Assembly (NCBI GenBank): GCA_013239625.1
Contig: MU053934.1
Span: 11,877,559-11,936,403 of the forward strand
DNA from: Lama guanicoe
Taxonomy: Eukaryota
Direction of reading: 5' to 3'
DNA: 58,845 nucleotides
Below the pieces are notes generated by a model, which saw only the letters and a program-made list of their open reading frames with translations, searched no databases and was not told the origin of the DNA. Position numbers and translations under genes: made by a program. This document shows, in pieces, positions 1 to 13,162 of the stretch; position 1 is the stretch's first letter, and each line of letters begins with the position of its first letter.

Positions 1-3000
1 ACGAGGGCACGGGGTTCAGAAGGGATGGGGACCGGGCACCGGCTCTGAGCAGGGGAGACCCAGCACAACCCCACGTGCGCTTGGAGACGCAGGAGGGAGA
101 GAGGCCTGAGAGACGGCGAGGAGTTGGTGGCAGGGCCTTCTGGGAAGAACAGGGGACTTGGGGGCGGCCAGGGAGTGGGACATGCGGGAAGGGGCGGCCG
201 GAGATGGAGGGTCTGCCTGGAGCCATGCTGACGCCGGTGCTGGTGGGAAACTGGGCTTTGGGGTTTAAATAAATTGAAAACAAAACTTTAAGCTCCAGCC
301 CCCTGGGTAAACTTTTCCTCGGAATTAATTTCCAAGATAAATTGTTTTGGAATTGTTTGGTGCATGTCGTCTAAGCCCCCAATGTTTCTCTGATTAGACG
401 TTTTCATCTAAGCAGCCTGGCATGTGAACGGCACCCCAGTCTCCACGGTGCTGCCGTGTGCCAGGGCCGGCGGTCTATGGGGAGAGGACAAATCCCTTGC
501 CGAGGGTTTAGCTCAAATTGAGCTACAGCCCCAGCAAAATTAGATGGGGTGGCTGTCTGTCTGGGGAACGTCCACGCACCTCAGGGTTTCGGAAGCTGCA
601 GGGCTGCAGCAGGAGGGGGCAGGGACAAGGGTCCTGGCCAAGGACGCCCTGGGAGCACACGCACCTGCCCCGAGTGCAGCCTCGGCCCCTGGCTTGCTCA
701 CACGCTGGTTTCCTGCAGCCACGGAGCCACGCAGCCACGCACTCAGCAGAGGGGCTGCAACGAGACCAGCTTCTTTACAGGCACAATTCTTTGGTGAGAG
801 AAAAACCAGCCAGCCAACCAGCAAAAGATGCACAAAAGCTGGGTGTCCAACGTCCTGCCAGCTGCTGGACCAGGGCTCCAGGGTGGCGGCGCTCTGCCCC
901 AAGCCACGGGGGATGGGGCAGCCACCCAGGGGAGGGGTCCCGATGGAGCCTCCCCTGCACCCGGGATACGAGCTGCCCACCTGGCAGGACCCTGGGAAGG
1001 ACAGGAAGAAATGGCCGGTGGCCATTTCTCCCCAAAGGGCCTGGTCAGCGCACAGAGCCTGCAAAGGTGACCGGCAGGCCAGACGGTGCCGCCCTGAGCC
1101 TCGCGCCACGGGTCTGGGCGGTCCCGGGAGTAACATGAATGCCCCAGCAAGGCGGTTAGAGAACACGGCTCACCATCTGCTCCTGGGCGGCGGATGCACG
1201 TGTACATTTCAAGGCTCCGGTAAGCTCCTCGGGTAACAATGAAAAAGAAAGGAGGGGAGGGGAGGAGCGAGTGAAGACCACTGCCAGGAAGCAGAGGCCA
1301 GTAATCTCCCAACTTCAAGCTTTGGCGACATCCAGCCATCGGAACACCCTAGACTTCACTACCAAAAAATGAGACTTCTATTTAAAAAAAAAAAAAAAAC
1401 CTAAGTAATTGAAAGGCAAAGTGTAACTGGAGGAAGCACGCCTCCTGCTCTGAGGAGCCAGTCAGTGTCCCGCCTTGTCTGCAAGGACCCTGGGCCGTTA
1501 CCACCAGGACCCAGGTCAGGGGTCAGGCCCCGCCGGACGGGAGGGTAGCCTCCCCAGTCGGCCTCCTCTTTGCCCGCCAGCTGGCAGCCACGGAGAAGGA
1601 AGCTGGGCCCCATGGACCAGCGCGGGGCACCCGGCTCTCGGCGTCCTAGTTCTCAAACCCAGGGGCGTTAACTTGCAGGGAGTAGAATCTACCATCTCCC
1701 AGTTTTAGGGTTTCGTCGGTGCTTCCCAGGACCCAGCTCCCCACCTCAGGGTCCACAGCCCACCGACCTTGCACGACCTTGGGCTGATCGCTCTCGACAC
1801 CCACCAGTTTTCCCACCTGTGATGTGGGGTCCAGGGATCCTGAGGGCTTGGGGGGCAGCACGATGACTTTGGGGCCCTGAGCAGAGCCTCGGCTTCAGCC
1901 CGTCATCACGATGGAGCCCCACTCCCCTGCGCCCTGGAGCCTCGGGCGGGAGAAGGACACACAGACACACGGGGCGGGAGGCCACCCTCAACCCCCTTGC
2001 CTGCCCTGACGGTCTCCTGGCCGCCCCTGGCAGGGTAGAGAGGCCACGTGCACATGACCCCAAGACAAAAATGTCTGCTTGGAGTGGGGGCCGGGGCTCA
2101 GCTGCTTCACTGGGAGAAGGGGCCCCCAGATTCAGGCCCCAGACCCTTCTCCAGCCCCCAACACCAACCCAGGCTACCCTGAGCAAGGGGGCTCTGGCTT
2201 CAGCAAGTGGGAAGCTCAGTGACACCCCCAAGGGCAAGGCCCTGGCCTTCCATTGGGAGCTGGCCCCCAGGCCTGGGCTCTGAGCCCTCTGCTGGATGCA
2301 GAGAGATGGGGGCAGGGAGACACCTGCCCCAGATGCAAGATCTGAAGACGAAGGAGAGACAGGACCCAGCGGGGTGGCTGCTGACCTGGGAGGGATGCGT
2401 GCAGGTCCTGTACTCGGGTCCTGCACCCAGCAGACCAAAGGTCCCCCACCCCGGGCCAGCCCCTAGGATCACACAGCACAGATGCGGGTGCCTGCAGAGA
2501 CCTCCCCTGTGCTGCTGAAAACACAGGCCACGGCGCCGCCAGAGACTCGCTGCTGACTCGGTGTGTAGACCCTTGAGCGTCATTCTCAGGTCTTCCGGAC
2601 GTGACTTGTCCACTGAGTTATTTTGCTTGATTTTCCGCATCATCACCAGAACTCCTGGGAATTTTCAAAGTCCCACTTACACGTGTCACAGTGGATTTGT
2701 GGGGGGGAGGACCTGTTTGGGACAGCGGTCTTCATGAAGAGGATACGGGCTTGGTCGCCCGAGCCGCCCCCACGTACTTCCGCCAGCCTATCTTAGAATC
2801 ACAGAGCCGGCTCCAGCCGACCGAGTCATTGGCTCAGCTGCGCGGTAATTGGAAGTTCGGAAAAATAAAAGTTAATTAAAATAAGAATATGTTATTCTGA
2901 AATAATGCTCCCATTTCAAAAGGTGCAGCAATTTCGTGGAGCGAATGAACGTGTCCGGCTGCTCCCCGTCCTTCCCGCGGGCTCTCCAGGTGGACAGCCC

Positions 3001-4779
3001 CCAGAGTCCGTCCTCCGAGTGCGGACCCTCACACTAGGCGTCCCACCCCCTGCCCTGAAACACCCAGGATGGTTTGGGCTAAGACACGCGACTTTAGTTC
3101 TATTCTCCAATCGCAGGTCCAACGGGCCCACACCGTGTGGTAAGCAGCCCACTCTGTCCCCCGCTAGACGTGCCCTGCCGCTGCACTGAGTCCCCGCCTA
3201 GTCACCGCAGACGTCGTCCATCCAGCCTCACTGACCAAGACAGCTGCGCGTGCTGTGACTGTGACGAGGGACGAGGGACCCGAGGGGAGGATGTAAGGGA
3301 CCCAGGGAGGACGCTGTCCAGGGTGCTGCCACCCCACGCGTGTCCAGGGCCCTCGCAGAGACCTCGGACGGGAGGCTCCACCCAGCAACACTGGAAAAAC
3401 GCCCAGTTCCCTGCCCCAGAGAATCCAATCTGGGAGCAGGCTTCTGAGCTGTGTCCGAATCCCTTCTGGAGGGAGTAGGGACCCAGGCCTCTGCCTGGGA
3501 GGCCCCTCGGCCACCCAGGGCCTAGTCCTCCATCGGTCAGCACCTCAGACCGGAGATGGCGTCACCAGGCTCCCCTCCAGGACCCGGAACGACCGGACAG
3601 GTGACCTGAAAACGGAGCCCCTCCCGGCCTCAGGCCAGGCCCCGGTCACCATCCCCTCACTGCCAGGCCCCTCCAGGCACCAGTCCCCGCCCCCTTCCTC
3701 AGAGACAGGACAGCCCCATCCTGCTAACAGGCTAACCGGGTTCGGTGTTTTCTTTGGGAAATATGGATTCCCTCACCAAACTCTCCCCGATGCTCTCAGG
3801 GGCCGGCTGGAATGACGGCCTTAATCTGCACCAACCCCCAGACACCTCGCTGTGACCCAGGGGTCTACACCACATCCAAGGGATGGGTTAAGAAGGGAGT
3901 GGTTCAGCCCGCTGCTGGGGGGGTGGGGCCCCGCGAGGCCAGCGTCCAGCCCGGGAGTGTCTGGGGCGGAGCCCGAGGCTGGTCCTGCTGCCAGCCACGT
4001 CTCAGCTCGGCTCGAGAGCCTTCCTGCTCAGAGACCATCTCGTCAGGCGTGTCCCGGCGGCTGAAAGACTTAGTCTCTGCGAAAACGTGGACTGTGATCA
4101 CGGGGGAGATGTCTGACGCGGCCTGGGGACCCCTCTGTCCAGGTCTCCGCAGAAGTGAGGAGGGGGCCTGGCAGGTGCAACCACAGGGCATCTCCTCCTG
4201 AGGCCTGGGGCACCCTGGTGGGTGGCAGGCCGTGGGCAGGCGGGTGGGCAGGCGCCGGCTCCAGACTGAGATGAACCTCGGAATAGGCACCAGGACAGCA
4301 AGAGGGGTTTCAGGTAAACCGAGGAGACTCTGACAGGGAGGGGTCCGGCCGGGGTTAGACTTGGCAGAACCAAGGACCCATCCCTGTGGGGCCTCGGCCG
4401 GCGCTGGTCATGCGTCCTGAATGGTGGGGGCAGGGCCCTGGGCCAGGTCACCAACGCCTGCTGGACCAGACCCGAGGATGACACCAGCAGAGCCACAGCA
4501 GGATCACGGCCACTCTTGGAAAAGCCGGGGCTCCATCAATCCGGGTGGCCCCGAGGCAGGGCCGTGACCTCGAGAAGGCCTGCCCACCCCCACCCCCACC
4601 CCAGCTGTTAGTTCATCAGAGGAACAGGGAACACAGGTGCAGGCTGCGCACAGCACGGAGTGAGTCCCGCTGGGCGAGGGGCCACGGCTGCCTCCCACCC
4701 GCAGGGGGACAGGGACGGGACGGGGGCGGGGCTGGGACCACCAGACAAATGCACAGTGGTGAACTTCACCCAACAGGTG

Positions 4780-5400
4780 TTTTCCAGTTAAAGGAAACAG
4801 AATCTCAACAGCAAAAATGTGAGCAAAAGGGAAATATTTCAAAACACATGTTTCTACCCTCGAGGCTGGACCAGAGAGTCAGTCCTGGGAGGTGCGAGGC
4901 CACTGGGTTTACAGTCTGCTCATCGGGACAGAGACCTGGACACCACGGTGGCCCTCCCGCCCTCCTGGAACCGCCTGTCCACCTCGGGCAGGAAAACCAG
5001 ACGCTTCCAAATACAGGCACAGAGCGGGACAAACAAGTGTCCACGCCAGAACCCATCGGAATGAACCACGGGAACAGCCGCGAAGTGCCCAGGACACGAC
5101 GAAACTCCACACACAGAACGTGGCTTGAAAGCAAGTGAAACTGTAACCCAACACGTAATCGTTGCTTTAATTTTAATCATTGCTTTAATTTTTTCTTTTT
5201 AATTTAACAAAAACCTCCATGGAACATTTGCAACTCTGAAGGAAGCAGTTAGCAGAAGCACGAGACATCAGGACAACACAGACAAAGCACAGAAGATAAA
5301 CCTGGGGCTGGAATTTTCAGAAAACAAACATGAAGTCCTTCATAAGTGAAAACTAAACTGCAGTGGTCGCCTGGGAAAACGGACGTCCCAGGGCCCGGAA
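4780..5400 (+). mobile_element. Very old LINE-1 fragment (5'/ORF1-like region)
   Basis: A-rich plus-strand sequence with an L1 ORF1-like texture (e.g. ggaattttcagaaaacaaacatgaag...aaaactaaactgcagtgg); heavily decayed. Confidence 0.4.
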
Positions 5401-6468
5401 GAAGAGCTGAGCGCCTGGGAACCACCCTCCTGCGCGAAGGGGACCAAGGCAGGCGGAGCCCCAGGGACCAGGGAAAACCGGAACATTCGAACTGGGGGAA
5501 AGTTAAACCTCAATTCAATACATTACTTTTGTTTAAGGGATAATGGATAAATTTACAAATATAATTCCAGCAAAAGGAGAAGTGAAGCTGAATGAGAAAG
5601 GACACACCGCACTTCAAGGGAATTACGCCAAATGCTCAGCACGGGGCCGGCAGGTGACATCCTTGGGCTTGGAGTGTAAGGCAGTCACCCTTTGGACACC
5701 AGAGGGAAGGTTCGGCCACTTCAGAGCAAAGGACACAGGGTGAGCTCCCCTCCAAAGCCTCAGGTCGGTGGAGGATCCCTTCCTGATGAGGAGAGACAGG
5801 CTGACCCGGGAGTCCAGTGTCTGGTCCTGCGTGCCTTTAGGACTGAGAAGGGCCGGCAGCTCTGACTCTGCAGACACTGGGGATCAGCGTGTGCCTGTGG
5901 GAGCCACCAGGTGAGTGCCCCGATGTCCAATGTCTGCCAAGGGACACCGAGGAGGCGTCGCCGAGCTCCAAGATCAAAGCACAAATCCGGGTTTGCAGCG
6001 CCAGGACACACAGGAACACCTGCTGATCCGGACAGTGTGCAAACGGCAGATTAGCAAGAAAAGGAGGGAGAGAAGGTGGCCCCTGAAATAAACGCAGCTC
6101 CCTGTAACATCAGGAAGTCAGTACCGACCATTCATTACTGACAAATCAGGTAAAGCAAGTCTGTGCACATCGAGATGCTAAAGGTTAAAAGGATAAAGGA
6201 TGAAAAGTACCCACAGGGGACAAGGCTGGGGGTGGGGGGTTTTTGCAGGCTCCAGGCTGCCTGGCCGGGCTCAGAGCAGACAGACAGAGGGCGTCTGAAG
6301 GAGGGAGGGGCTGTGGGCTATCGGCCTCGAGCAGAAAGGGCCTGTCCTCGGGTCAGAAGAAGGACAGTTAGAAGCAGCATCCTGCACAGAGGGAGGCTCT
6401 GCACGGATGTCGTGTGGAAGGTGGGACTGGGCTGGGTCCAGCTTTTCCCCTGGAAATAAACACAGACA

Positions 6469-6673
6469 GCTGAGTCACCTGCTCACAGCCCACCTGGTGC
6501 TGAGTCACCTGCTCACAGCCCACCTGCCGCTGAGTCACCTGCTCACAGCCCACCTGGCGCTGAGTCACCTGCTCACAGCCCACCTGCCGCTGAGTCACCT
6601 GCTCACAGCCCACCTGCCGCTGAGTCACCTGCTCACAGCCCACCTGCCGCTGAGTCACCTGCTCACAGCCCAC
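6469..6673. repeat. 30-bp minisatellite, ~6.8 copies (TGAGTCACCTGCTCACAGCCCACCTGSYGC)
   Basis: Units start at 6471, 6501, 6531, 6561, 6591, 6621 and 6651; they differ only in the GGTGC/GCCGC/GGCGC ending, and the last unit is partial. Confidence 0.98.
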
Positions 6674-6839
6674 ACAGGAGGGGGTGGGTCACAGAAACCT
6701 GGAAACTGAATGACTGGGGTGGCTCCGCCCGCTCCGGGCATCAGCTCAGTTACGGAAAATGGGCAGAGGAAGGTCAGTCAGTGCAGCGATGCTGGACGTG
6801 CCTGGTGAGTCTGCGTGTGCGTAGTGGCCTCTGGTACCA

Positions 6840-7490
6840 GTAAATAGAACGAGGAACTGAGGAAAACGTGGAAAACACAAAAGCTTTTCCACCTGGACGT
6901 TTTAAAGGTGCTTTTTAAAAAATGTGAGTTAAAGTGAAATTCAAACCAAAATTACGGAACATCAAAAAAGACCCAGTAATGATGGAAACGTGACAGTTAG
7001 AATCTCGGGGGGTTAAAGCCATACTCGGAGGAACTCCCATAACCACGAGTTCTTATGGCAAAAAAAACAGATGGAAAAAGGAAGAAGAGATTAGTTAAGC
7101 ATCTGACGCGGAAAGTTCTAGAAAGAACAGCGCACATCTGAGGAAAGCGCAAAGAAAGGCCTGTGGAAAGACAAGCAGGTCTAGTGCGGCAGTCCTGGCA
7201 GCCTCGTACCTGGGTTTTAAAACTGAATCTTTGGAAACATCAGCAGAAGAGACACAATGTCAACCATTTTGATCAAGAAACAAGAGGGGACCCAGGCCCA
7301 CAAACAGCAGTTGGCAAAGGAGCGACCTCAGCACGGGAGACGAACGAGGTCGTCAGGGGCCGCCCGCATGGCTGCCTGTAAACGTGCGGGAAACTCAGTC
7401 CAAATGAGTGATTTTCTAGGAAAACGTCAGCTACCAAAACCATACCAGGAGGTGTCCGCAGAAGAAACAGGAAAAGTATAAAGGCCCCTA
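6840..7490 (+). mobile_element. Old LINE-1 ORF2 fragment
   Basis: A-rich decayed text resembling L1 ORF2 (gaaaaaggaagaagag...ttctagaaagaacagc; tttctaggaaaacgtcagctaccaaaac). Confidence 0.55.
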
Positions 7491-7729
7491 AAACCGGGCA
7501 TCCCGACGGGCTCCCAGGGGGACGGCGCTCGAAGGCCTCGGGGCTTCTGCAGATGCCAAGGGAGAGGGAAAACTGCCCTCCTGGCAGGGCGAGCGTCGCC
7601 TGACACGACGCAGGGAACTGCCCTGACACGTGTCGGGGCAAACACCGTCAAAAAGAGCGGTACAGAGGACGCGGCAGCACGGGGCCGGCCGGCCTGACTC
7701 GGTACAGGAAACGTCCCGACAAAGTCCAT

Positions 7730-8440
7730 CAGGCCGGGGCTCGACATCGCTAAGCCTTCGGGGAAACGCAAATCAAAACCACGAGGTACCAGCTCACACC
7801 CGTCAGAAGGGCGTCATCAAAAAGACCACAGACAGAAAGCGCTGGAGAGGGTGTGGAGGAAAGGCAGCCCGCGTACACCGCGGGCGGGGATGCAGACTGG
7901 GGCAGCCAGGGAAGGCAGCGTGGAGGTGCCCTAAAAACGGAAAACAGAGCTACCATGTGACGCAGCAGCCCCCCTCCTGGGCACACGTGCAGAGAAACCA
8001 CCATTTAAAAAGACGCCTGCCGCCCAGCGTTCACAGCAGCACTCATTACGGTTGTCAAGACATGGAAGCAGCCTAAGACCCCATCGGGAGACGTGGATAA
8101 AGATGGGGGGGTACACACGCGGTGGAATACTACTCAGCCATGAAAAAGAACGGCCTTTTGCCATTTGCAGTAACAGGGATGGACTTGGAGGGTGTTATGC
8201 TAAGCGAAATGAGTCAGAGAGAAAGACAAATACTGTATGGTATCACTTACACCTGGAACCTGAAAAAACACAACAAGCTGGTGAATATAACAAAAAGGAA
8301 GCAAACACAAGTACAGAGAACAAACCAGTGGGGACCGTGGGGAGGGGCATGTGGGGGGGCAGAGGCACAAGCTATTGGGTGTACAACACGGGAAATACAG
8401 CCGATATTTTGGACTAACTGGAAATGGAGTGAAATCTTTA
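7730..8440 (+). mobile_element. LINE-1 3' end (ORF2 C-terminus plus 3'UTR)
   Basis: gcaaatcaaaaccac...ctcacacccgtcagaa; translation EYYSAMKKNGLLPFAVTGMDLEGVMLSEMSQRERQ matches the L1 ORF2 C-terminal motif. Confidence 0.92.
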
Positions 8441-10989
8441 AAATCGTATTTCAAAAATTTTACTGTTTTAATTCTTCGGTTCAGTAGGTATAAGGAGAAA
8501 ACATCAGGTCACCATCTCTGTGCACGTTCCTGACTCAGACCCATGCCTTCCCGGCTGTGGGCGGGCAGGTGGGCGCCGCCTGCCGGGATTCGCCCCGGGC
8601 CCTGCAGTCAGGACCGCGTGTCGCTGTCTCACCACAAGTCAGCGCCTCCGCGCTGGAGGCCAGACCCTATCCAGCCGTCCGAGAGGAAGAACCAGAGGAC
8701 AAGGACTGGGACGAAGGAGGTAAATTATGACCAGGTGCGATGTATGCTGGTGTCACTGTGTTCCTGGAAAACCCACGAGCACCCAGAGAGCAAATCCACC
8801 ACAAAGAAGATAACCAAGTGTGGGGCGGGATGTAAAACTGCGGCATGAGAGTACAAGTCGCAGGTTAGGAGGCGCGTGGGAGACAGCCACCCGCTTTGCA
8901 GCAGGTACAGAAGGGTAGGCCGCCCCAGAACTAAGGAGACGGAGAGGGGCATGCGGACCCCGCGGGGGAGCTCCATGCAGCCCTCCTGAGGGACGTGCAG
9001 CCACGCGCAAACGCGGAAAGACCACGTCCGGCCCTGGACGCCGGGCAGAGCTCCAGACGTGGGCCTGGGGCCTGAGCCGAGTCTGCGGAAGCTCAGAGCC
9101 CGGCTCCGCCCGCCCGGGGAGCCCGCGGCCGGCATGGAAGTGATGCTCGCCCGCGGGCGGAGGAAGGGCAGAGGGCGGGGCCCGCCGACTCGCACCCGTG
9201 GCCCTGCGCGGGGCCACGCCAGGTTCCAAAGAGGCTCTAGACACGCCACGCACTTGAGGCCCCTCTTCTCGGGGTGTTTATGAAGCCTAAACAAACAGCC
9301 AGATAATGAGAAGAAACGTATTCTCTGTACGGGGGCTCTTTGTCTTCCACATGCTGCCAACATCTGTTTCGTATTTATTCAACCTCCAATAAAACAAGTA
9401 ATTCATCCAGGTTTCTTTAAAAAAAAAAAAAAAGTAAAACGCAGAGAAATGGAAATGACCTCATTTCGATCCCAGCAGCAAGAGAAGACAGGGAGACACG
9501 CACAGTGGCATCCGGCCCCCCCTCAGCTGCCCCGGCCTCGGATGCTGGGGTCACCCTCACGAGCGCGGCCCAGCCCCACGGGGCCCTCTGGTCAGTCCCG
9601 AGGCCTCTCCCAGTGCCCACTTCCTCGGGCAGCCCTGCTCGCTCAGGCACGCACGCCGAGAGCCAGCCAGGGCCTGGCCCTGAGTGTTGCGTCCAGTGGT
9701 ACCGGACGACCCGCCATGCCAGGAATGGCCCCTGACCGGTTGACGGCCAAGGCCATTTTCCAGGCCAGGAACTTGGGGCAGCAAAAGAAGGTCCTCTCCA
9801 GGCTCTGCCCCTACCGAGCAAGGAGAGCCTCAGGGGACCCCCGGCTCGCGTGGTCTGAAAGGGGCTTGATGCCCCAGGTTTGGCCCCCAGCACACCTGGA
9901 GTAGGGTGAGGGTCCTGCCCACAACCTTCGACCTTGGGGTCAGCCCCCTCGGTGGGGGAACAGGCTTCCCCGACGTGTGCTCCGGCCTGTAGACACTCAA
10001 GGGCACATCCTCCAGTGCGGGGCCTGCCACTCCCACGCTCTGGACTCGGCGACATTTCCCTCAGAGCCCTCCCTGCAGCAGGGAGGATGGCCTCCCTGTC
10101 CCCAGAAACCTCCCGCCCCCGTCAGCTCAGGGGGTGAGGCAGCCTGTCTGGACCACGGGCTCCTGCCCCAGGTACAGCCAGAGACGGCCCGCCCCAGGGA
10201 GAGCTGCCCACGACAGTCACTTGTCACCCCCACCACCTTCCGCAGGCAGGGACTAATTAAGATGCACGTGGTTCACTGGGCGTCACTGGAAAGGGGGCTG
10301 TGATCTATTAATTTATCGTCTCTGCTTCCATCAGGCACCATTCTCCTGCTCCCACAGGTAATCAGAAAGGAGATTTCTGGCAAAGGACGGCCTTGACCCT
10401 GCAAGACGGTGTTTCCCAGGTGAACACCCTAATGGAGCAGTCAGAACTGAAAACCACAAATACCCATCCACTAAACTGAATGAAAATGGAAATGTCCTTC
10501 CAAGGCATCGTTACCTGCTTGTTGAGGTAAAGCCAGTGCTTTACATCCATTAACCTTTCCAGCGTGGCCTCCCGTCCAGTGTGATGGGCGGGCAGCTGCC
10601 CAGACGTCAGATGGTTTGACCCTCACTCGACTAGAAGCGTGGGGCTGTGGGCGCTAAGCGGCTGCAGCTCCAGGATAGAACTGATCCCTGAAGGAGGGTC
10701 TTTGCAGCTGTCTCGTTAACATGATGGGAAATGGACTGCAGGCTCTTGGCTCAGGGCAAATTAAACAAAACCCCAGGCAAAGAGTCGTTTCCTTACAAGC
10801 TGCTTTAAAGCAGAATCGGCTCCTCTCTGCCAGGAAGAAGCCTGGTCCCCAGAGACCTGCAGGCATTCTGCAGGATCCAGAGGGGAAATCCGTAAGCTTG
10901 CTGTGCAAGGCAACTTCTGGGAATCGTGCGGTGGACTTTTATGTCTTCACTTTAAAGTCGTGGGTATGAACCTGAAAAAAATATTTAAA

Positions 10990-12620
10990 TAGTTAAGAAT
11001 ACTCTGAAAAAGATTAGTGGGAAAAGACTTGCCCGGCCAAAATCAAACGTACTGTCGGGACTCCTCGAAATAACGAGAGAGCGGTAAAGGGGATGCGTGG
11101 CCATTCTCACAGGTGACAGTCATCGGCACCGGGTAAAACCACCCAGAACCTATTTAAAGACACTGGAAAGCTCCCCAAAGCAGAGTTATAGGAAGATCAG
11201 TCTTGAAAAAACGGTATCTGGAAGGAGTTAGAACCAGGATGGTGTCTTCCGGGACCACGCGGTGCCTGCGGGAAGCGGTGGAGGGAAGACACAGCCTTCC
11301 TGATTGAAAGTCCCGGGGAGCGGTGTTCAGGGCCATCAAGGAGCTGGAAACGTGCAGGGAAGCCCTGGCGGTGGGGGAAGGAGCGAATCCCAAATTCTGA
11401 GTATAAACCGCCCAAATCTGTGGCTGGTGGCGGTACCGCAGGCCTGCAGGGAAGGCTCCGGGGGCCTGCGGACCAGCAGGCAGAGGTCAGAGAGACACCT
11501 GCTCTTGGGAGACCGGCCACCAAGTGCATCCCCGGCTGTGAGGTCCTGAGCAGCAGAAAGTTGAATGCTGCGGGCATGAAGCACCAGCCCCACAGCTGCA
11601 CTGCTCCAATGAGGGGAGATCTCGAGAAATAAGGAGGCCGAGGGAAGGCCCATCCCTGCCCAAACCCTAGGCTGGCCACCAAATTATAAAGGTGTGGGAG
11701 ACCCTCCAGGGACCAGACTGAAAACAGCCATCATGGGAAGCCATGAAAACAGAGCCGAGACATAAAGCCAGGGAAGCAAGATGTACGGTGTCCGTTCAGA
11801 AAAGCCTGCTGAGTCGAGAAGGAAAAATCACCCCCAGAAGAACACAGAGAAATCCTGAGTCACCGAAGTGCATCACCTACAACGTCCAGTTTTTAGCCTA
11901 TTGTTAGATGGACAAACAGGATATTTGGACCCACCATCAGGAAAAAAGGCAATCAATATAAATTGACTCCACGTGGACCCAAGTTTGGATTTAGCAGGAA
12001 AAGACACCAAAGTCTCTGATATAAATGTGTTCAAAAGATAAAGGTACATTTAAAGACTAAAAATAATGTGTATAAAGAAGTATAAGAAGATATTGTATCA
12101 ATGAGTAAACAGATGGGAACTCTCCATAGACAAGTGGACACTGTAGAAGACTGAAATTCTAAAACAGGTAATTGCAGCAACTGAAAGACAAATGTACTCG
12201 GTAGTCTTGGCGTCCATTTGGAGGTGGCCAAAGGAAGAACTGGAAACTTGAGGATAAAACAAAAAAATTGCCAGACCCAAAATGCCGAGAGTGAAAAGGA
12301 TCGAGGGAAAGTGAACAGAACCTCAAGCAACATCCAGTGGCTTCACGTGCACGCGCCTGGGAGGTCAGGATGAGGGAGGAAGGAAAACACCGACATTCGC
12401 CGAACACACGTAATGGCAAGACACGTTGTGGGAAACGTTAACTCACAGGTGCCAGGAGTTCAAACCGCCCCAGCCCAGATGAGCAAGGTCACAGCCAGTC
12501 CCAGACGCAGCTCAGGCCACGAAGGCCTGAAAGTCCATGATATAAAGACAGTCTTGACAGGAACCAGACGAAACCACGTGACAAACAGCAGAACAGGGGG
12601 AAAAACTAATGGGATCCTCG
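10990..12620 (+). mobile_element. Old LINE-1 (L1M-type) 5' region and ORF1 remnants
   Basis: cccaaattctgagtataaac...ccaaatctgtggctg resembles old L1 5' regions; it is followed by A-rich ORF1-like sequence (gaaattctaaaacaggtaattgcagcaactgaaagacaaatgtactc). Confidence 0.65.
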
Positions 12621-13110
12621 CTGGGAGTGAAGGGAGCCCAGAACTGGGAAAGCACTGAGTACGTCACCAGGGAGCTGAATTCCTCACAGATGTAAACATA
12701 CGTCAGTGTAAAACAGTAGCGCTTTTTTCAGTCCGTTCGTCGCAACCAAGGAGGCTTTGTCCCGGGGATAGGAGTGGAGCCACATCAGATCTGCTGGCAC
12801 AATTTACCACATCCGTGGATGGAAAGAGAGGGTCTGAGCCAGCCTTTCAACAGATTTTCAAGGGCATAAACAGCGTCCCCCGTTACTCAGGAAGCTCTCC
12901 TAGATTTCCCGGGTAGCCAGCAGCATCCGGCAGCGTCGGCTGAAAGCGCGGCCACAGCCCAGGCACTTTGTTCCCAGACTGACAGATGCCCCGAGCTCTG
13001 CCGGGCAGCGTGTCGTCCTGGACCAGCAGAAGGACCACTTGGGGAAAGGCAGCGTCTCCGGCCCCGCCCAGACCTGCCGCAGCGGAAGCTGCGTTGTAAC
13101 AGGACCCTCA

Positions 13111-13116
<6 letters not shown>

Positions 13117-13162
<46 letters not shown>
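13117..13162. repeat. Compound (GT)n(GA)n microsatellite
   Basis: Directly visible. Confidence 0.97.

Noticed and set aside
2672..2790. Possible minus-strand exon ending at a GTAAGT donor (~2680)
   Set aside because: Weak acceptor, unrecognisable translation and no partner exons.
6368..6709. Repetitive ORFs (GCEQVTQRQV)n / (LSHLLTAHLP)n
   Set aside because: Translation of the 30-bp minisatellite, whose period is divisible by 3.
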